The position numbers and the translations under genes were made by a program. From assembly GCA_030647255.1 (NCBI GenBank), contig JAUSJK010000048.1, forward strand, positions 32,540 through 96,539: 64,000 nucleotides of DNA, given 5' to 3'. This DNA is from a bacterium. GTDB taxonomy: Bacteria; Patescibacteriota; Microgenomatia; UBA1406; GWC2-37-13. A model generated the notes under the pieces. That model was not told where the DNA came from and searched no databases. It saw only the letters and a program-made list of their open reading frames with translations. Shown here in pieces: positions 30,513-39,460 of this stretch. How positions within the stretch are numbered: the first letter of the stretch is position 1; every line of letters begins with the position of its first letter.

Positions 30513-31187
30513 ATGTTAAAACCAATTATTCTAGACCAAAAAGCGATTCAAAAAAAACTTGAGCGAATAAAGAAAACTTTTATCAATAAATCTATTCATT
30601 TCAGTAAAACCGGTTACCCATATTCTTTTTTTACTCTCACCGACTTTGAACCTCCAATAGAGCCTTCACTCGTAGAAGATATGGCTGATCTTCTTGTTCA
30701 TTACGGTAATTTTGATAGTATTGATCTACTGGTATCTGAGGCTGATCGGGGTGGAGGACCGTTGACGCATGCTGTATCGATGAGAACTAATATTCCCTAT
30801 ACACTTGCAAACTGGTATCCAAATGGTGGACAAGGAGAACTGCATGTAAAAGCTTCCGTTGGTTTTTCCGGAAAGGGCGACATCTTTCTTAACGGAATCA
30901 AAAAAGGACAGCGAATAATTTTAGTCGACGACCTATTAAGTTCCGGGGGTACAGCGCTGGCTCTCATTCGAGCGGTTCATAAAGGTGGAGCTATTATTAA
31001 GCAAGCTTTGTTTGTCGCTGAAAAGGTTTTAATGTGCGGAAGACAAAAACTAGAAAATAATTATTCAATTCCCATTATTTCCTTAGTTAAATTTAAGGCT
31101 GAAAAAGGTTACACTAAAGAATTTACAGCTCCTTTCGGATTATCAACTCTATCAATAGAGAATGAATCCGCTTCATATTCAAAATAG
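30513..31187 (+). CDS. Purine phosphoribosyltransferase (Apt/archaeal Hpt-like)
   Basis: PRPP-binding motif ILVDDLLSSGGT. Confidence 0.8.
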   Translation: MLKPIILDQKAIQKKLERIKKTFINKSIHFSKTGYPYSFFTLTDFEPPIEPSLVEDMADLLVHYGNFDSIDLLVSEADRGGGPLTHAVSMRTNIPYTLANWYPNGGQGELHVKASVGFSGKGDIFLNGIKKGQRIILVDDLLSSGGTALALIRAVHKGGAIIKQALFVAEKVLMCGRQKLENNYSIPIISLVKFKAEKGYTKEFTAPFGLSTLSIENESASYSK

Positions 31188-31216
31188 AAGACCTGCAAAA
31201 TCACGGACTTAGTATA

Positions 31217-31423
31217 ATGTGGCCCAGAGGCGGCAAAGAGGGAACGCTCGCTAGGTTAGCCCTGCATCCACCCGAAGAATTGTTTGATCTGCTCTCTTTT
31301 CTAAAAGAAAATACTGACAAGATTTTCAACATCATTGACTTTTCCGATCTTCCTATTTTCTATAACAGTGAAAACCAAGTGCCGGATGCCCTTAGGATTA
31401 TCGTTAAGGTTAATAAAAATTAA
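31217..31423 (+). pseudogene. Probable gene fragment
   Basis: 68-aa protein-like ORF with no recognisable complete domain. Confidence 0.3.
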
Positions 31424-31451
31424 GAAAAACTATACCTGCTATACTTTTCTT

Positions 31452-32006
31452 ATGCTGTATCTAATTGGTGGCGCTCCACGAGTTGGGAAGAGCACATTAG
31501 CTAAACTCATTCTGGAAAGAAATAAAATTGCATATGTTGATGCCGATTGGATTGTTCATATGCTTATGTTTGCGGCACCCCAGCTTGGAGTAAAAGTTTT
31601 CTCAGATTTTAATGAGCACGAATTTAAAAAAAAGGCGGTAAATTTTTATCCATTCTTATTCCAGTTCGTAAAATACAATCAGCCTGTTGTTGACCACTAT
31701 GTTATTGAAGGCGACAGTTTTCTTCCGGAACATGTTTTAAAATTACAAAAAGAATTTCAAGTAAAAACTTGTTTTTTGGGAACGTCAAAGTTAAAGCCGG
31801 AAACTTTATTGAATAATCCAAGTAAAAACGATTGGTGGATAAAAAAACTAAATTCACAACAATTAAATGACTTATGCAAGTGGATAATGAATATGAGTAA
31901 TTTTCTAGAAAAAGAATGTACTACATATAAAATTACATACATTGATGTAGCTAAAAATCATAGAGAACAAATAGAAAAAACCTACCAATATTTAACAAGT
32001 AAATAA
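31452..32006 (+). CDS. P-loop kinase (2-phosphoglycerate kinase/AAA_33-like)
   Basis: IGGAPRVGKST and VIEG motifs; TATACT 6 nt upstream of ATG 31452. Confidence 0.75.
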   Translation: MLYLIGGAPRVGKSTLAKLILERNKIAYVDADWIVHMLMFAAPQLGVKVFSDFNEHEFKKKAVNFYPFLFQFVKYNQPVVDHYVIEGDSFLPEHVLKLQKEFQVKTCFLGTSKLKPETLLNNPSKNDWWIKKLNSQQLNDLCKWIMNMSNFLEKECTTYKITYIDVAKNHREQIEKTYQYLTSK

Positions 32007-32092
32007 GAAGTTTTATTTTTTATAACCAAAAATTAGCCGCAAAAAAACTTTAGGACTCCAGTTGGTTTGGCTTATCTTGCTATACTTTACTT

Positions 32093-32221
32093 ATGGTAAA
32101 TAATTTTTACGACAAAGTTGCAAAAAAATTTGGTAGATATCATACAGGAGCTAAATATAATACTGAGTATCCAAAGGGAGAACCTGGAAAAGTTTTTAAA
32201 GATAAACTTTTAAAGTTCTGA
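32093..32221 (+). pseudogene. N-terminal stub, probably of a SAM methyltransferase
   Basis: TATACT-N6-ATG followed by MVNNFYDKVAKKFGRYHTGAKYNTEYPKGEPGKVFKDKLLKF*. Confidence 0.45.
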
Positions 32222-32242
32222 CTTCGATGTTATAATAATAGA

Positions 32243-32725
32243 ATGTCTGTTCGTTATTCTCACACCAACTTAATTGCAAGAAATTGGAAAACATTAGCGG
32301 ATTTTTATATACAGGTTTTTGATTGCAAACCTACCTATACTACTCATCTTTCAGGAGAATACTTAGAAAAGGGAACAGGAATTAAAAGTGCTGTTTTAGA
32401 CGGAACTAATTTATTATTACCAGGTTATGAAAACCAACAACTAAAATTAGAAATTTTCCAATACTCTGAGTTACTTGAAAAAGCCTTGCCAACTGTCCCT
32501 AATAGATTGGGTTATGGCCATATTGCATTTCTTGTCGATAATATACAAAAAACTCTTAAAAAAGCACTAGAACATGGTGGAAAAAAAATAGGTGAAATAG
32601 CAACCCAAGAGTATAAAAGAGGAATTTCCACATATATCTACATTACTGATCCCGAAGGAAATATTATTGAGCTTCAGAATTGGTTGCCAAAATACTTTCC
32701 TCATTCGTTTTTTGGTATAATGTAA
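32243..32725 (+). CDS. VOC/glyoxalase family protein
   Basis: HTNL..FY..VF, GYGHIAFLVDNI and DPEGNIIELQ motifs. Confidence 0.88.
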   Translation: MSVRYSHTNLIARNWKTLADFYIQVFDCKPTYTTHLSGEYLEKGTGIKSAVLDGTNLLLPGYENQQLKLEIFQYSELLEKALPTVPNRLGYGHIAFLVDNIQKTLKKALEHGGKKIGEIATQEYKRGISTYIYITDPEGNIIELQNWLPKYFPHSFFGIM

Positions 32726-32727
32726 TT

Positions 32728-33030
32728 ATGAAAAAGAATAAACCAAACGATTCACATAATGCTCCTTCGACTTCTGATGCCTCAAATATGGACGATATAG
32801 ATTTCATTGATCCTGTAAAGCCGAAAGACCAGTTGGAAGAGCAAGACCCTTTCTTTAAACAAATGGGAGACAGCCAAAATACTAAATTTGTCGAACAGTC
32901 GATAGATGCCGATGAACCAATAGGAAGCCCAGATGGAGAATATACACATGATGATGAAAATACTGAAGAAAATCCACCCAAAGAGGAGATCTTCCACAAT
33001 GTCACTCCAAAAAAAGTAAAAAAAGACTAA
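32728..33030 (+). CDS. Small acidic hypothetical protein
   Basis: TATAAT-N6-ATG; D/E-rich ORF. Confidence 0.55.
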   Translation: MKKNKPNDSHNAPSTSDASNMDDIDFIDPVKPKDQLEEQDPFFKQMGDSQNTKFVEQSIDADEPIGSPDGEYTHDDENTEENPPKEEIFHNVTPKKVKKD

Positions 33031-33101
33031 CGAAAGATGACTACAAAGTTTTTGAGATCTCCTAGTTCTCCATACATTCACGGTCTGGTAAAATAAATCA
33101 T

Positions 33102-33692
33102 ATGAGAAAGATTGTTGTTCTCGAATTTATTACTCTTGATGGCGTGATGCAGGCGCCGGGTGGACCGACTGAAGATACGTCTGGCGGTTTCAAATATGGC
33201 GGATGGACAGCTCCCTACTTTGATGAAATGTCCGGGAAAGAAATGGATAAGCAGATGAAAGGAACATATGACTTGCTCCTTGGACGCAAAACGTATGACA
33301 TCTTTGCAGGATATTGGCCGCAGCACACAGAAACATGGCCCCAGGTAAACAAAATTACCAAATATGTTGTCTCCAAAACCTTAAAAAATCCAACCTGGGA
33401 AAATACTGAAGTGATAAAAGATATCAAAGAATTAAAAAAGCTAAAGAACTCCAACGGTCCAGACCTACAAGTCTACGGAAGCAGTATTCTTCTTCAGACA
33501 TTGATGGAGTATGATTTGGTAGATGAATTGTGGCTTAAAATATTTCCTATTACACTTGGTACGGGAAAACGGTTGTTTGGTAAAGGGACAATACCTGCTT
33601 CGTTCACACTAGTTTATTCTAAAATTTCCCCAAGTGGTGTCATTTTTGCTTCATACAAACGTGCAGGAGAAGTCAAAACGGGATCATTCTGA
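33102..33692 (+). CDS. Dihydrofolate reductase/RibD C-terminal family protein
   Basis: FITLDGVMQAPGG, LLGRKTY, VYGS, LVDE and LGTGKRLF motifs. Confidence 0.9.
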   Translation: MRKIVVLEFITLDGVMQAPGGPTEDTSGGFKYGGWTAPYFDEMSGKEMDKQMKGTYDLLLGRKTYDIFAGYWPQHTETWPQVNKITKYVVSKTLKNPTWENTEVIKDIKELKKLKNSNGPDLQVYGSSILLQTLMEYDLVDELWLKIFPITLGTGKRLFGKGTIPASFTLVYSKISPSGVIFASYKRAGEVKTGSF

Positions 33693-33736
33693 CAATCTCT
33701 TCGACCTCCAAGATTACATTATTGTATACTTACCTT

Positions 33737-34192
33737 ATGCAAAAATATTGGATCAATGTGTTACAAAAAGAGAAAGTGGTAAAAGCCGTTGGGGAAGGAA
33801 TCATGGAGTTTCCCGGTATAGATGCTCGTGTAAATACAATGGAAAAAGATGACTGGGTTATTTTTTATTCACCTCGTGAAGACATGGCCGGAACGATAAA
33901 GTTACAGACTTTTTCTGCCATCGGTCAAATTGCAGACGACACCATGTTTCTTGTTGAGAACTCTCCCGGTGTCCAAGCATATAGAAGAAAAGTTAATTAT
34001 CTAAAAGTAAAAGAAGCACCTCTGATTCCTCTCATTCAACATCTCTCATGTATCCGAAATAAAAAACACTGGGGTGTCGTATTTAAAATGGACCTCATCC
34101 AAATCTCAAAAGAGGACTTTGAACTTATTTCCAAAGCAATGGGAATAGACAAGCTTCCTGAACATTTGGAAGAGGTACCTGCTTTCAAATAA
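33737..34192 (+). CDS. EVE domain protein
   Basis: KYWI..DWVIFYSP..FSAIG..HWG..ISKEDF. Confidence 0.8.
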   Translation: MQKYWINVLQKEKVVKAVGEGIMEFPGIDARVNTMEKDDWVIFYSPREDMAGTIKLQTFSAIGQIADDTMFLVENSPGVQAYRRKVNYLKVKEAPLIPLIQHLSCIRNKKHWGVVFKMDLIQISKEDFELISKAMGIDKLPEHLEEVPAFK

Positions 34193-34196
34193 GCTT

Positions 34197-34793
34197 ATGA
34201 TAAAAGCTATCATTTTTGATATTGGCGATGTATTGATAACAAATACACACGTATTTGATGACATAGTAGATGAATTTCATTTGGACAGAGGAAAGGCACT
34301 CCCAATTTACATTGAAGCAATAGAAAGACTAGGGAGTGGCCAAATAGACGAAGAGACATTTTGGAATGTACTCAAAAGCAAATTACTCTTTAATCAAAAA
34401 GTTCCTTCTCCTTCACCGCTTGTGAAAAGTCATATAAATGTAAAAGTAGTTCAAGAAGTTATTGATATTGTCATTGATCTAAAGAAAAAAGGATACAAAC
34501 TTGCATTATTGTCTAACACCATTGAGTCGCATATACAAGAAATAGAAAAGTTGGATTTCTTTAAATATTTTGATATTAAAATATTTTCTTATGAAGTGAA
34601 AAGTCGTAAACCGTTTGCCGATATCTATACCCTTACGTTAAAGAAGCTAGACGTTTCTCCAGAAGAAGCTATATTTATTGATAATAACGATATTTTTGTA
34701 AAAGGTGCAGAAGAGGTGGGAATAAGAGGTATACAGTTTATTGATTCTGAACAACTGAAACAGGATCTTCGTAAACTTAAAGTCAATCTTTAG
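34197..34793 (+). CDS. HAD family phosphatase
   Basis: IFDIGDVL, LSN, RKP and FIDNN motifs. Confidence 0.88.
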   Translation: MIKAIIFDIGDVLITNTHVFDDIVDEFHLDRGKALPIYIEAIERLGSGQIDEETFWNVLKSKLLFNQKVPSPSPLVKSHINVKVVQEVIDIVIDLKKKGYKLALLSNTIESHIQEIEKLDFFKYFDIKIFSYEVKSRKPFADIYTLTLKKLDVSPEEAIFIDNNDIFVKGAEEVGIRGIQFIDSEQLKQDLRKLKVNL

Positions 34794-34883
34794 GCAAATT
34801 AAAAATATCAATAAGATCTTCCTGACAATCTCTTCAACCTCTGTGGTTGAAAAATAGAACAGGATAATCTATTATCTGATTGT

Positions 34884-35207
34884 ATGAGTATACAAGTGAT
34901 AGTTTTCCTTATAGTGTTTGTAATAATCGCAGTATATGGGCTATGGACGATATTCACAAAGAAAGGAAGAGACTTTGCAATAAATAAGTTTATTGGTGAG
35001 ATTGTTCATGACTATGGAATTATAAACGAAGAAGATTTTTACGGAGGAAAGCAGAAAATAAGACTGCTAAGGTGTAATAAAAATAATGAAAGCTTCTATG
35101 CGTTAGAGACAGAATTTAAAGCTTTCGGAGGTATACAGTTCTGGTATGCCAAAATAAGTGACTCATCTGTAGATAAACTTATGACGATATTTTCCAATAA
35201 GGAATAG
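34884..35207 (+). CDS. Hypothetical membrane-anchored protein
   Basis: N-terminal TM helix. Confidence 0.55.
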   Translation: MSIQVIVFLIVFVIIAVYGLWTIFTKKGRDFAINKFIGEIVHDYGIINEEDFYGGKQKIRLLRCNKNNESFYALETEFKAFGGIQFWYAKISDSSVDKLMTIFSNKE

Positions 35208-35212
35208 AGAAT

Positions 35213-35962
35213 TTACATTTTCTCATTCAAGAAGCAATAATACTTTGGGTCGATGGAACGAGGATTGATGAATACGGGATAATATTCTTTCTCAAGATGG
35301 AGTTTGAGTTTTTTCTTTTCTTCTTGTGTCAAAGGTACAAATTCTTTCAGAAATAAATTGTGTTTGTCTTTTTCGTCCTGTGTGACGCCTCGGTCAGCCC
35401 GGCAGAGGAGTCGTTTCTTTTCCGCCTGGGAGGATATGGGTTTTTGGTTGATAATCTGTATAAAATCTTTTTCAATTCGCTTCATATCTATTGCGGCATT
35501 TTTCGTTTTCGTATACTCAATCGTGATGCCGATCTTTGCGTGTGCGGGTAAATACTGTTTCTGGTATGTCGGGTCGCTGTCCCAGATGATGTAGTCGGAT
35601 GGGACATACCGGCATTCGGATAAAGTCGACTGATCGACTGAATTTACGAAGAGACACTTATCCCAACCTATACTATCGCGAATGGCAGTAGTCGTATGAA
35701 TATCACAGACAACGTCATAGTTGGCAAATATTTTTTTTAGTATTTCTGCCCGTTTTTCTTCGTATGAACGGGCTTTTTTGGCGTTGAATGAGCGGTTGAG
35801 ATCTGTCTCCGTAAACCGAAGGTTTGTGAGAGTGGCCATCGGGTTTCCGACCATGACTTTCCACTCGACTTTTTCATTTTTCCCGTAGGGATAGTGTAAA
35901 AACAGGTTTAATCCGGCCAGTTCATCCCCATGTGTGCAGATCACGAAGAGTAGCTTCTTCAT
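35213..35962 (-). CDS. Succinylglutamate desuccinylase/aspartoacylase (M14-like) protein
   Basis: THGDE, GNP, DLNRSF, DIHTT and ITIEY motifs. Confidence 0.8.
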   Translation of the reverse strand: MKKLLFVICTHGDELAGLNLFLHYPYGKNEKVEWKVMVGNPMATLTNLRFTETDLNRSFNAKKARSYEEKRAEILKKIFANYDVVCDIHTTTAIRDSIGWDKCLFVNSVDQSTLSECRYVPSDYIIWDSDPTYQKQYLPAHAKIGITIEYTKTKNAAIDMKRIEKDFIQIINQKPISSQAEKKRLLCRADRGVTQDEKDKHNLFLKEFVPLTQEEKKKLKLHLEKEYYPVFINPRSIDPKYYCFLNEKM

Positions 35963-37304
35963 ATGCTTGAACATCAGAAATAGTAACGCGATCGTTTCCC
36001 ATAAAAGCCAGATATGCTCTTTCCTGGGGCTTATAATAATTATAGATAACCGTTCTCATGTTTCTCTCGCAATTTAATCTTCCCAAAAGTTCCGAATCAA
36101 AGAAAACTTCCGGTCTTATACACACTGCAGTGTTGGTAATGATTGTAGACGGCGGTAGACCGTCAACATCGGCATTGCTTTGCAAGCGGAACATAACCGC
36201 AGAACCTCCGGGTCGAATATTCGCTTCACGCAGGAGAACCCTGGAGAGTCCATATCGGCGAGAGACTTCTTCGGCCAGTCCAAGCACATCAAGATTAACA
36301 TTACCCCGTACGCCAAAATTCTGCAGCACTCGGACGCCAGCGAAGATCGTTTTATTAAAATCTGAGAACGTATTATTCCACTCATCTTCTATACCCTTTG
36401 TCCATATATTTCCGGCGTGTTGGCCCGGTTTTATAAACCGCTGTTCAGCACCGCCAAGATATACTATATCCGTATCGCCGATATAAAATGATACTCCTGG
36501 AGAAGTAAGTAACGGCAATCTCCCTTGAACCTGGAGGACGTCTTTCGACTCATCTTTTATTTTTTGTACAACTGTATGTGAGTTAGGAGTAATCATAAAG
36601 CCGTATCCTCCACAGCCGTCCGGTCCGTTGACAACGAGTTCTTCATAATTTCGAAACATCTCTAGATCATGCCGTAAATTATCCGGTGCGTTCCCGTTGA
36701 GGTACGACGTGGGAGGAGTGGGGATGCCGTAATGATTCCATAAAAACTGATGGACGTTTTTTTTGTATGCAAGGACATTTCTTATTCCGGTTTCCGCCAT
36801 ACCGAGCGGCCTTAGAATCTCGGGGGAAAATACGTGAGGTTTAACTGCAGAGTCTCTAAAATCTACCTTGTCAATGTCTTCAACATGACGGTAGTCGCGT
36901 GCGATGGAAATACCTACTCGAGCATATGAATCATGAATTTTCTGGAGAGTGGCGATTGTTATGGAAGGATTGGAAGAGGTAAAATAAAACAGATCTCCCG
37001 AATTTGAAAATGCGAGCATGAATCCCGTCACTAGTTCTTGATTTGTACGTACAATCTCGGCGCTTTCGGGGGAAGAATAACGGTCGGCATAGTGATGTGA
37101 ATTCATGAGCTGAGCCCCGCCATTGGCTACGATCTTAATGGGATAATTTTTACTTTGTGGATTAAGAATATGGATTCCGGTTATCGGGTCACATCCTATG
37201 GAGAAGGCGGAGTTGAGGGACTCGTAAACTTTTAAAGGTTCAGACATATACATTTCCTGTAATAGGCTAATCTTTTCCGACCGTGTCGGGATTGGATGTG
37301 GCAC
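35922..37304 (-). CDS. ATP-grasp-fold peptide ligase-like protein
   Basis: KKNVHQFL..GIPTP, DGCGGYG, SPGV, EQRF..HAGN, GNVNLDVL and EANIRPGG motifs. Confidence 0.65.
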   Translation of the reverse strand: MPHPIPTRSEKISLLQEMYMSEPLKVYESLNSAFSIGCDPITGIHILNPQSKNYPIKIVANGGAQLMNSHHYADRYSSPESAEIVRTNQELVTGFMLAFSNSGDLFYFTSSNPSITIATLQKIHDSYARVGISIARDYRHVEDIDKVDFRDSAVKPHVFSPEILRPLGMAETGIRNVLAYKKNVHQFLWNHYGIPTPPTSYLNGNAPDNLRHDLEMFRNYEELVVNGPDGCGGYGFMITPNSHTVVQKIKDESKDVLQVQGRLPLLTSPGVSFYIGDTDIVYLGGAEQRFIKPGQHAGNIWTKGIEDEWNNTFSDFNKTIFAGVRVLQNFGVRGNVNLDVLGLAEEVSRRYGLSRVLLREANIRPGGSAVMFRLQSNADVDGLPPSTIITNTAVCIRPEVFFDSELLGRLNCERNMRTVIYNYYKPQERAYLAFMGNDRVTISDVQAYEEATLRDLHTWG

Positions 37305-37456
37305 CGTAGTTCCGATCGTACACCGGGAGTCGGTTGTCGGGTAAGTCGTGGTGAGCCAATTCTCACAAGATTTCTCTTTCCTTACCTCTCTTGATTTGTT
37401 CTGGCATTATAAATGAGATTTTCAACTTTGTCAAAAGAAGGTCCTGGTATTTCAGC

Positions 37457-37507
37457 TTGACAAAACAGTTTTTTTAAATACTATAATGATAGTTACAAAT
37501 TTGTAAC
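37457..37507 (+). promoter_or_regulatory. Sigma70-like promoter with a downstream palindrome
   Basis: TTGACA (37457)-N19-TATAAT (37482); GTTACAAATTTGTAAC at 37492-37507; AAGGAG before ATG 37531. Confidence 0.55.
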
Positions 37508-37530
37508 ATATTGTTAAAGGAGCATAAGCT

Positions 37531-38111
37531 ATGACAGATGACAAAACTGATAAGATCGAGTCGCTAGAGTCCAAAAAGCTTGCTTTGCATTACATACAAA
37601 CACTCGTGGACATAGCTAGAGAGTCTTTTTTGCTTCTTAATGCCGACCTTAAGGTGATTTCAGCGAATCCGATTTTTTACGCGATACTTTTAAAGTTTCG
37701 TCAGCGGAAACAGTGGATAAATTTATTTATGATCTGGGAAATGGTCAATGGGATATCCTCGAACTGAGGGACTTACTGGAAAAAATCTTGCCGGAGAAAA
37801 AAATTGTCAGAAATTATGAAGTTAAACATGACTTCCAAACAATTGGGAAGAAGACGATGTTACTTAATGCCGGTCAGATAGATTCGGTGCAACTTATTAT
37901 CATAGCTCTGGAAGATATTTCGGAAAGAAAGGGTCTTGAGGAAAAACTGGCCAAATATACCAAAGAGCTTGAGGGCAAAGTAGTCGCGCGGACAGGACAG
38001 CTTACTGATAAAAATGAAGAGTTGGAGAAAATGAATAGATTTATGGTCGGCCGGGAATTAAAAATGGTGGAACAAAAAAAAGAAATTGCAGATCTTAAAA
38101 AAGCTGGGTAA
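37531..38111 (+). pseudogene. PAS-domain/coiled-coil protein, frameshifted near 37680
   Basis: ...SANPIFY continues in another frame as DTFKVSSAETVDKFIYDLGNGQW...FMVGRELKM. Confidence 0.75.
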
Positions 38112-38211
38112 TACCAGTTCGTTAGGCATTATACACAATTGGTCACTTCATACACTAGGTAATTGAATTCTACTTTCTGATTAGGGTGAGCCATTCTTCA
38201 ACCGTTACTCT

Positions 38212-39186
38212 CTATACGATTACTTTTTTCAGTTCTTCGATAGTGAGACGTTTTTCAGACTGTAGTGTACGTATTTGTTTTACCCGATGAATCATATCTT
38301 GATGATAGAGTTGATATCCTCCTGGAGAATACTTTTTTACTCGCAATAAACCTTCATTTGTCCAGAACCGAATTGTCGGAACAGTCTCTTCGGTCATTTT
38401 GGCCAATTCTCCAATTTTAAGCAGTGCATCTGACTTCTCGATTATTTCTTTCGGTTCGAGTGACTCGAGATAGATTAACACCGATCTTTCGACAGCCAAG
38501 AACATGAGAGGAATGTAATCTGAAAGATCGCCGGATAGTTGTCCCTTTTCAATACTATTAATATAGACTTTCCTATCTTCTTTGCGGATTATTGCGGGTG
38601 GATAGCCTGCCTGCATAAGGATCAAGTTCATAAGTAAGCGCGCTGTTCTTCCGTTTCCGTCGGTAAAGGGATGAATGCTCACAAATGTATAGTGAGCGCG
38701 TAATGCCACATCTATGATATCGTTATTGGTGTTATGAAGCCAATCGATCAATTCCTTCATCAAGTCAGGCACTTTCAGGGCATTGGGCATAACTACGGAA
38801 GAGCCGGCAATGCGGACGGGCACATTCCTATATCGTCCTGCATTTGTCGTGTCAATATCTCGCAAGATGAGAGAGTGAATATCTCTGATAGTACGCTCTG
38901 TAATATTCTTTTTCGTCTTATTTTTGAGAGACATAATATAGTCCCAGGCTTTTGCGTGATTGATAGCTTCGAGGTGTTCAACTATGGATTTTCCTTCTAC
39001 AGTGATGCCTTTTTCGACAACAAGCGCCGTCTCCTGCCGTGAGAGTGTATTACCCTCAATTGCATTAGACGTATAGGTGAGTTCCACCTTATACCATTCG
39101 TCCAGATTTTTTATAATCTCTTTAGGAAATGGCCGGTGAGCGTCGAGCCGTTTTTTTAATTCATGGAGCCGAGACAGTGTTACCAT
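38212..39186 (-). CDS. Fic protein with a C-terminal MerR-type HTH
   Basis: TSNAIEGN and HPFTDGNGRTAR motifs; C-terminal LKIGELAK..TIRFWTNEGLL..GGYQLY. Confidence 0.9.
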   Translation of the reverse strand: MVTLSRLHELKKRLDAHRPFPKEIIKNLDEWYKVELTYTSNAIEGNTLSRQETALVVEKGITVEGKSIVEHLEAINHAKAWDYIMSLKNKTKKNITERTIRDIHSLILRDIDTTNAGRYRNVPVRIAGSSVVMPNALKVPDLMKELIDWLHNTNNDIIDVALRAHYTFVSIHPFTDGNGRTARLLMNLILMQAGYPPAIIRKEDRKVYINSIEKGQLSGDLSDYIPLMFLAVERSVLIYLESLEPKEIIEKSDALLKIGELAKMTEETVPTIRFWTNEGLLRVKKYSPGGYQLYHQDMIHRVKQIRTLQSEKRLTIEELKKVIV

Positions 39187-39192
39187 GGCTAA

Positions 39193-39221
39193 AGTATAAA
39201 GTAATACTTTATGGTTGTCAA
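39193..39221 (-). promoter_or_regulatory. Fic-MerR promoter with a palindromic operator
   Basis: Minus strand TTGACA-N17-TATACT-N6-ATG; perfect inverted repeat ATAAAGTA-A-TACTTTAT at 39196-39212. Confidence 0.75.
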
Positions 39222-39252
39222 GTGGTAATTCACATTCTTAAAATTAGCCTGC

Positions 39253-39404
39253 GTCAATTGAAAACCCCAGCCCTTTCCAGTAACCTATTGGTATTAAAAG
39301 AAAACCATTTTATCAATCATATGGAAACAACAAAAATTGCTTTATTCAAAGGAAGAAAAATACGAAAAACTCTCTATCAAGACGAATGGTGGTTTTCTGT
39401 AATA
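39253..39404 (+). repeat. Direct repeat R1 copy 1 (promoter plus 28-codon Bro-N stub)
   Basis: Near-identical to 41898-42048; a partial third copy lies at 42810-42846. Confidence 0.9.
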
Positions 39405-39460
39405 CAGTTGACGTCTCTCTTGCTAATATCAACAAAATAGCATATAATGTTGACATTACT

